Virus record (IMG/VR): IMGVR_UViG_3300027518_000001
DNA: 39,126 nucleotides
Strand: one strand, 5' to 3'
From: a virus
Below the pieces are notes generated by a model, which did no database searches, was not told the origin of the DNA, and saw nothing but the letters and a program-made list of their open reading frames with translations. Both the position numbers and the translations under genes were made by a program. Below are positions 33,874 through 39,126 of this stretch, piece after piece. Positions within the stretch are counted from its first letter, which is position 1. The number at the start of each line of letters is the position of its first letter.

Positions 33874-34159
33874 TAATGGTGAGGAAGTATGGGAGTTCAT
33901 CAAAGAACATCCTAGATACATAGGCATACCAATCTCCAACAGCAAGGGATTAGATATCCTTAATGCATTAAGAGATGTGTGGATGGCAAATAAAACAGAC
34001 CCACAAAAAGCCAACAGCATGTTAACTATGCTGGCAGCCGTGCTAGTATCATCAGAAGCAGGGCACGGAAATGAAATTGTAGAAGAAGTATTAGTGCAAG
34101 AAGCAATGATGGACTTTGAAGAACAGGCTAGGGAGATACTTGATGAAAGACTTGAATAA
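33845..34159 (+). CDS. Hypothetical protein (104 aa)
   Basis: ORF overlapping the 3' end of the primase gene by 29 nt. Confidence 0.5.
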   Translation: MSESENAFLNNGEEVWEFIKEHPRYIGIPISNSKGLDILNALRDVWMANKTDPQKANSMLTMLAAVLVSSEAGHGNEIVEEVLVQEAMMDFEEQAREILDERLE

Positions 34160-34433
34160 TTTTGAAGATATATTAAATGAACTGCGTATAATTATGATAC
34201 GTAAACACCAAGACTACGGCCCATTTAACATAGCCAATGCTCCAGGTGGTGCAATGAATGGACTGCTTGTGCGTATGCACGACAAGATGGCACGATTGGA
34301 AAATCTTTACTATAAAAAAAGCGACACGCCCAACTATGAAAGTATTGAAGATACCTTTATTGACCTAGCCAACTATGCAATAATCGGACTATTGGTGCAA
34401 AGGCGACAATGGGAAGGCGTAGCAGAGGGATAA
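34143..34433 (+). CDS. DUF1599 (nucleotide-modification-associated domain 1)-like protein
   Basis: KHQDYGPFNIANAPGGAMNGLLVRMHDKMARLENL. I trimmed the track ORF 34116-34433 to the ATG at 34143, 7 nt after GGGAG. Confidence 0.45.
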   Translation: MKDLNNFEDILNELRIIMIRKHQDYGPFNIANAPGGAMNGLLVRMHDKMARLENLYYKKSDTPNYESIEDTFIDLANYAIIGLLVQRRQWEGVAEG

Positions 34434-34436
34434 CGC

Positions 34437-35084
34437 GTGGACTACTTAGAAGAGTATGAGCAGATGGTTGTGGCTATTGCTGCCGAATACCAGCGCAAAT
34501 ACCCTATGACTGACCAGCAAGACATACAGCAGGTGCTGTGGATATGGTTTGTTAGTCATCCACAAAAGTATAAAGAGTGGTCAGAGTTACCAAGAAAAGA
34601 CAAGGACAAACTCATAGCCAAGTCTTTACGCAATGCAGCACTTAAGTATTGTGAAAAAGAAAAGGCGCGGACGGTTGGCTATGAGTTGCTTGACCTGTAC
34701 TACTACGATGCATCTGTTATCGAAGCGTTCTTACCATCAATCATTGCTGAATCGTATGAGATTCCAACTAAAATTAAAGACCTTAACTTTAAGTTCAACA
34801 AGTCAGAGCCTGCCAATGATGGCAACAACTGGCTAGTGCTTAGGTCTGATATCGCAGCAGCATATTATAAACTGTCAGAAGCAAAACAGTTTATCCTTAA
34901 GGTTAGATTCACAGTGGACAATGTCGACTGGAGTGAGACAGCCAAAGAGTTGGATACAACGCCAGATGGTGCACGGATGAAAGTTCAAAGAACTATTGCA
35001 TCTCTAATTAGAAATTTGGGCGGATGGAAGCCACAGCCTGATGATGATTTAGTAGAGGCAGATGATGACCAACGGGGAGAATGA
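34437..35084 (+). CDS. ECF/sigma-70-family-like sigma factor
   Basis: Region-2-like MVVAIAAEYQRKYPMTDQQDIQQVLWIWF and region-4-like LSEAKQFILKVRF...WSETAKELDTTPDGARMKVQRTIASL. GTG start after GAGGGA. Confidence 0.5.
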   Translation: MDYLEEYEQMVVAIAAEYQRKYPMTDQQDIQQVLWIWFVSHPQKYKEWSELPRKDKDKLIAKSLRNAALKYCEKEKARTVGYELLDLYYYDASVIEAFLPSIIAESYEIPTKIKDLNFKFNKSEPANDGNNWLVLRSDIAAAYYKLSEAKQFILKVRFTVDNVDWSETAKELDTTPDGARMKVQRTIASLIRNLGGWKPQPDDDLVEADDDQRGE

Positions 35085-35310
35085 TGTTGCTAAAGAAATC
35101 AGAGAGTTACTACATCCAACGGATTACTCACGTGCTATGGACTTGCGAGGAGAATCTATTGGAGATGTTTGCGTATGTGGAGGGGATGTATTTCATGCGC
35201 TTGTTGCATTTGACCAAGGTGAAATATGCTTTTATTTCCTTGATGGAGAGTGCGTTAACTGTGGGTCTATGGTCACACTCCCTCACCCAACGAACCAGGA
35301 GTTTGACTAA
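35062..35310 (+). CDS. Cys-rich mini-protein (82 aa)
   Basis: CVCGG ... C ... CVNCG. Preferred over the overlapping frame 35081-35323. Confidence 0.5.
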   Translation: MMTNGENDVAKEIRELLHPTDYSRAMDLRGESIGDVCVCGGDVFHALVAFDQGEICFYFLDGECVNCGSMVTLPHPTNQEFD

Positions 35311-35471
35311 TGCCACTATTTGATTTTAAATGTTATTGTTGTTCAGATGTAATTGAAGTAACCGAAAATATACCGCCAGCCTGCACAACTTGTGGTGAAA
35401 CTATGCAGCGTATATGGTCAGTACCAGCGGTCAAGTTTAATGGCTCAGGCTTCTACTCAACAGGAGGATAA
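35310..35471 (+). CDS. FmdB-family (CxxC_CxxC_SSSS) zinc-ribbon protein (53 aa, below the track cutoff)
   Basis: MPLFDFKCYCCSDVIEV...PACTTCGETMQRIWSVPAVKFNGSGFYSTGG. TAATG coupling. Confidence 0.6.
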   Translation: MPLFDFKCYCCSDVIEVTENIPPACTTCGETMQRIWSVPAVKFNGSGFYSTGG

Positions 35472-35473
35472 AA

Positions 35474-35607
35474 TGGCAGCAAAAAAAGTAGGTAAAAATA
35501 AGTACTTAACCTATGGTCGTAACTCTGGGTTTGGACTTGGATTTAACATAACTAAATATTACATCAGCCTAGAACTAGGCTTCTGGTATTTAGCATTTGA
35601 GTTCTAA
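35474..35607 (+). CDS. Mini-ORF (44 aa)
   Basis: ATG follows CAGGAGGATAAA. MAAKKVGKNKYLTYGRNSGFGLGFNITKYYISLELGFWYLAFEF. I trimmed track ORF 35392-35607. Confidence 0.45.
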
Positions 35608-35873
35608 TGGAGTACCCAGACTGGCAAGGTGAACCTAACTGCAGAAGTGTAGATTCAGAGGAGTTCTTTGTACCAGATGGTAGTTCTACATACAGAGATG
35701 TTAATATGCTTAAGAAAATCTGTAACAATTGTGAAGTTAAACAACAGTGTTTAGATTACTCACTTAAGAATGGTGTCTTTGGATACTGGGGTGGAACAAC
35801 AGAGTTCCAACGTAGAGTACTAAGAAAGAAATTAAAGATTACGGTCAAGCCACTATACTTAGGATACCCATGA
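35607..35873 (+). CDS. whiB: WhiB-family Fe-S transcription factor
   Basis: Four Cys (C-x29-C-x2-C-x5-C), a GYWGGTT turn matching G[VI]WGG, and a basic tail RRVLRKKLK. Confidence 0.85.
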   Translation: MEYPDWQGEPNCRSVDSEEFFVPDGSSTYRDVNMLKKICNNCEVKQQCLDYSLKNGVFGYWGGTTEFQRRVLRKKLKITVKPLYLGYP

Positions 35874-36244
35874 GCAAACTATCAGACTTCGACTTAGACC
35901 TAGCAAGAGGACAAGAAGGAGAAGGGTTAGTAGAACAACTACTAACAGGTGGTACCACAGTAGAAGTAAAGACAGATTTAAAATGGAAAGATACTGGCAA
36001 CCTATACATCGAAACAGTTTGCTGGTCGCACAACAACGAGAATTGGTACCTGTCAGGATTGTCCAGTACTAAAGCAAAATACTGGGCTTTCGTGCTGGAG
36101 GGGACAACCCTGTTGGTACCAACGGAGGTACTGAAACAAGTAGTTACGGCAAGGGGAAGAGCCATTACCTGCAACATACCTCCAAACCCTAGTAAGGGTT
36201 ATCTTATTAAGGTAGAGGACATAATCAACTCTCTGCGTAAATAA
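35870..36244 (+). CDS. Hypothetical protein, possibly PD-(D/E)XK fold
   Basis: GQEGEGLVEQLL...TVEVKTD...TGNLYIE. Last gene of the plus-strand arm. Confidence 0.55.
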   Translation: MSKLSDFDLDLARGQEGEGLVEQLLTGGTTVEVKTDLKWKDTGNLYIETVCWSHNNENWYLSGLSSTKAKYWAFVLEGTTLLVPTEVLKQVVTARGRAITCNIPPNPSKGYLIKVEDIINSLRK

Positions 36245-36252
36245 CAAAAAGA

Positions 36253-36286
36253 CCCCCAGCGCTGGTAGAAATACCAGTTCTGGGGG
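36253..36286. terminator. Bidirectional rho-independent terminator at the convergence of the two arms
   Basis: CCCCCAG-cg-CTGGTA [GAAA] TACCAG-tt-CTGGGGG. AAAAA upstream gives a U-tract for minus-strand RNA; CTTCTTGTCTCT lies downstream. Confidence 0.75.
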
Positions 36287-36327
36287 CTTCTTGTCTCTAT
36301 GGGGCTGCTAGGCCCCTTAAATAGGTA

Positions 36328-36516
36328 CTACTTTGAACCGCGACCAAACTCTGGGGCAGAGTTATCTAGCCACTTGAGTAGAGGACCAGCAAAACCAGCC
36401 AATGCTGCCATTGCTAGTGTCTTAGGGTCTGACTCACCTGCAAGGAATAGTGCTACAGCAGATGCTGCTGCTGCACGAAACCATGTTAGTCCGAGTTGTT
36501 TGAATTGTTCCATCAT
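36328..36516 (-). CDS. Holin-like small membrane protein (62 aa, two hydrophobic segments)
   Basis: AAAASAVALFLAG and LAMAALAGFAGPLL. Last gene of the lysis cassette, ending 40 nt before the terminator. Confidence 0.55.
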   Translation of the reverse strand: MMEQFKQLGLTWFRAAAASAVALFLAGESDPKTLAMAALAGFAGPLLKWLDNSAPEFGRGSK

Positions 36517-36530
36517 TTCCTCCTAGGGGA

Positions 36531-37037
36531 TTAGGATTTTGTACTGTGCAATTTGCAGCAAGTACAAACTTGTTTTGTATATGCTTTCTTAGCAGGTACT
36601 GGTGTTACCTTTGATATAACTTGGTTAATAATCTTAGGTTGATTCATCCACCAAAACCACGGAGAAGTATCGGTACAAAAAGCGGACTCAATAGAAATAT
36701 GTAAATGCTTATTATGAGGATTAGACCCAGTGTACTGTCTGTTTCCTTGTTTAGCCTTTTCTTTAGACCATATCTTGCCTTGAAAGATAAGATACTTAAC
36801 CCGCTTATCTTCTTTAAGTTTTTCAAAAATGTCAGCACAATCAATTCCATTCTTAAGGTCATGTGTTAGGTCAACTGCAAGTCCAGTATTGTGGTCGCTA
36901 GTTGGACTCTGTTTCAGATGAGCGTTCGACGGCAGAAGTCCATCGCTGGCTTTCATACGCAATGGCGAAATCGCTGTGGCTTGTCGAAGGACAGCAATAG
37001 CGGCAGGTGTGGCTTTCTTGACAACAGGTTTCATCAT
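36531..37037 (-). CDS. Peptidase M15 (VanY / L-Ala-D-Glu peptidase-like) endolysin
   Basis: SDHNTGLAVD fits SxHxxGxAxD, and NPHNKHLHIS supplies the distal His. 168 aa between two membrane mini-proteins. Confidence 0.65.
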   Translation of the reverse strand: MMKPVVKKATPAAIAVLRQATAISPLRMKASDGLLPSNAHLKQSPTSDHNTGLAVDLTHDLKNGIDCADIFEKLKEDKRVKYLIFQGKIWSKEKAKQGNRQYTGSNPHNKHLHISIESAFCTDTSPWFWWMNQPKIINQVISKVTPVPAKKAYTKQVCTCCKLHSTKS

Positions 37038-37040
37038 TAC

Positions 37041-37235
37041 TCATTTCTCTGCAATCAATCGGTATAAGTCATCTATACGGTCTTCTAGTCTTTTAACTGA
37101 ATCTTTAATTGATGAACCACCATTAGGCTTAAGTTCATTAAGGTAATGCTTAACTAACCAGCGTACCGATGCGGCAAAGCCACCTACAATTGTCATTACA
37201 GCAACAGCAACGGTTGCATAGTCTTGTGCTTGCAT
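37041..37235 (-). CDS. Single-TM membrane protein (64 aa); holin or antiholin candidate
   Basis: YATVAVAVMTIVGGFAASVRWLV followed by a charged helical tail. Confidence 0.5.
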   Translation of the reverse strand: MQAQDYATVAVAVMTIVGGFAASVRWLVKHYLNELKPNGGSSIKDSVKRLEDRIDDLYRLIAEK

Positions 37236-39126
37236 TACACAGTCCTTATCGTGATATCAATAATGCCACCATAACCATTAAAGCCACGGTCAGGTGGGGT
37301 GAGTCGAGTAAATGAGACCTGCTCGATGAGTGCCTGACGTGATTCACCTGTGGTTAAATCTTGCCATGTAACAACGTCACCGTTTTGTTCGACAGATTCT
37401 AGTTGTGAGATTCTGTCAAATGCTCTTCCGTCATATCCCGTTAGTACATTGTACTTATCTGTTTCTACATCATAACAATAAACAGGAAACTTTATAATTC
37501 TTTGGCGTGGTGTAGCAATGTAAGCCTTTGCCTGGTAGCCTTCCATAACAGGACCTTTACTTGAGTCATCGCCATCACGAAACAATATAAACTTGTAGGA
37601 TAAATACTCCTGTGCTTCTTGTGGATTAGATGTAGTTACTTCAACTGGTGGTACTGATGAGTCATAAGATACGACATCAAACGCAGTGCCATCAGCAGTA
37701 ATTGTTTGTAAAGTCATAGACCCAAACTCATAATCTCCACGTGCAATAAGACGCTTAAAGTTTTTAGGTTCTAATGTGTTGTATCTAATATAACCAGTAG
37801 TTAAGTAGCCATTAGATACTAATTCTGTGTCTGACTCTAAGTAGATTGCACCATCTGTAACATTGTATGCTGTTGTAAATGCAAGTCTGTTGGTTGTGCC
37901 AAGAAATGCTACACCTGTTGTGTAATGTTCTGTTGTTTGTTGAACCTGTAAGTCATTTGCATAAGCAAAACGCAATGGTTCTATTTCTGTTCCTAAATCA
38001 AGGCGGATAAGTCCGCCATCTAAAGAACCTATACCTGATGCTGCCCAAACAAATCTATCTCTAGCAGCAAAGTCATAGACTGGTTGTGTTGTCTCTACAA
38101 TTAAAGGGCCATAGTTAATAGAACCGTCTTGGTCTGAGACTGTTGCAACTCGAATACCTTTATTGGTTCCAATCATCATGTAACCTAGGTAGTAGTATAA
38201 CTTTTCTACAATTTCACCAGCAGGTAATTCTGCTGCAACAACAGCAGATGTAAGAGTAGGCATTACACCAGCAGTAGATAGTGTGTACTTTTGGATAGTA
38301 GAATAAATACCAGAATGTCCAGCAGTATAAATAGCAGGACCAGATGCAGCCACAGATGTATAGTGATAGTTAGTATTAGGATTTGTGTATACTGGGCTTG
38401 GAAGTGCAGTAGCATTAGTTGCTAATTCATACACTGCATTATTTACACAAAGAACTATACGGTCTTTAACAAACTCCATAGTAGCATACTGAATTTCTAT
38501 GCTGCCGCTTTGGAACATCTGAGTAACGTCACCTGATGCAGATGGATTAGATGAACCAGTAACTGAGTCACCTGATAGTGGCTTCTTAAACATAGTAAGG
38601 CGTTCATTTCCACCTACCGTTTTGTTTGTTATCCAGTAAGCATTAACTCCATCATCACAGATAGCAAATACTTTTTTATCAGTACCTGAAAGATAATCAA
38701 TGTAGTGGATTACTGGGTCTGTTACACCAGTACCAACTGGTGATACAGCACTTGAACCTACATTAGATGCAACCTTAGCGTAAGTAAAAGTGGTAGTAGT
38801 AGGTATAGCAGTAATGCGATAAGAGCCATTGAATGTAGCGTCAACATCTGTTATTACAATTGTCATACCTACTGTAAGCCCGTGTGCTACTGATGTAGTA
38901 AGGGTTGCTACATTGCTAGTTAAAGCCTTGTTAGTTATTGATACAGTAATTGATGGGTAGATTTTATCTACATCAAACTCATCATGTAGCAAGACACCAT
39001 TAACCTCTGACCATTGAATAGAACGCACATGTTGATTAACATGCTGATGGTCTGTTCCTACAACTGAACCAGTAGTTTGATGCACATCGGCTACACTTTT
39101 AAGTAAAGTTACTTGCCCCTGCTCAA
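37235..39126 (-). CDS. 3' part of the 750-aa wrap-around virion protein (see 1-488). The track start at 39085 is an internal GTG.
   Basis: The ORF stays open to the window edge and is continuous in frame with 128-488. Beta-rich sequence, encoded between the glycosyltransferase and lysis genes. Confidence 0.85.
   Translation of the reverse strand, partial: EQGQVTLLKSVADVHQTTGSVVGTDHQHVNQHVRSIQWSEVNGVLLHDEFDVDKIYPSITVSITNKALTSNVATLTTSVAHGLTVGMTIVITDVDATFNGSYRITAIPTTTTFTYAKVASNVGSSAVSPVGTGVTDPVIHYIDYLSGTDKKVFAICDDGVNAYWITNKTVGGNERLTMFKKPLSGDSVTGSSNPSASGDVTQMFQSGSIEIQYATMEFVKDRIVLCVNNAVYELATNATALPSPVYTNPNTNYHYTSVAASGPAIYTAGHSGIYSTIQKYTLSTAGVMPTLTSAVVAAELPAGEIVEKLYYYLGYMMIGTNKGIRVATVSDQDGSINYGPLIVETTQPVYDFAARDRFVWAASGIGSLDGGLIRLDLGTEIEPLRFAYANDLQVQQTTEHYTTGVAFLGTTNRLAFTTAYNVTDGAIYLESDTELVSNGYLTTGYIRYNTLEPKNFKRLIARGDYEFGSMTLQTITADGTAFDVVSYDSSVPPVEVTTSNPQEAQEYLSYKFILFRDGDDSSKGPVMEGYQAKAYIATPRQRIIKFPVYCYDVETDKYNVLTGYDGRAFDRISQLESVEQNGDVVTWQDLTTGESRQALIEQVSFTRLTPPDRGFNGYGGIIDITIRTV
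39000..39126. repeat. Second copy of the 127-bp terminal duplication
   Basis: Identical to 1-127. Confidence 0.95.

Noticed and set aside
35081-35323. Alternative-frame 80-aa ORF overlapping 35062-35310
   Set aside because: Its product looks random (MMLLKKSESYYIQRITHVLW...). The competing frame has a zinc-binding Cys pattern and couples by TAATG to the next gene.
36299-36526. Plus-strand 75-aa ORF opposite the 62-aa holin-like gene
   Set aside because: It would start immediately after the bidirectional terminator, and its product is low-complexity (Ala/Ser/Pro-rich). The minus-strand ORF has two hydrophobic segments and is collinear with the endolysin.

Overview
The window is one complete, circularly closed genome of a tailed dsDNA phage. 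Positions 1-127 are identical to 39000-39126, so the unique length is 38,999 bp, and one 750-aa gene runs through the junction.

Two arms diverge from a 906-bp ORF-free control region (24711-25616).

(1) The minus-strand packaging, virion and lysis arm encodes, in order:
- TerL with an N-terminal HTH extension, then portal
- an HslV/proteasome-beta-like Ntn hydrolase
- 143-aa and 88-aa proteins
- 1703-aa, 571-aa and 436-aa internal-type proteins
- an acidic scaffold and the major capsid protein
- a run of tiny Lys-rich proteins
- an adaptor-like protein
- a heptad-repeat tail fibre plus two extra receptor-binding paralogs, each followed by a mini-ORF
- a GT-A glycosyltransferase
- the 750-aa nozzle-like protein
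- a lysis cassette of membrane protein, M15 endolysin and holin-like protein

(2) The plus-strand early and replication arm encodes:
- Cys-rich mini-proteins
- a secreted lysozyme-like transglycosylase
- a DUF932 protein, a RecB/Cas4-like nuclease, a DnaB/RecA-fold ATPase and an Hjc-like resolvase
- a DnaG primase split over two frames
- a DUF1599 protein, an ECF-like sigma factor, an FmdB zinc ribbon and WhiB

The arms converge on a bidirectional terminator at 36253-36286. WhiB, together with the low GC seen in the lines I counted by eye (about 33-40% in the body, about 50-55% around 24.3-25.7 kb), suggests a low-GC actinobacterial host; this is inference. I recognised no tRNA, CRISPR array, integrase, reverse transcriptase, DNA polymerase or RNA polymerase.

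The leads most worth a second look are:
- the proteasome-fold enzyme at the prohead-protease locus
- the repeat-dense, hairpin-dense ORF-free region
- the run of six Lys-rich mini-proteins
- the triplicated receptor-binding cassettes
- the two-frame primase

All functional calls rest on motif recognition by eye. No database search was run.
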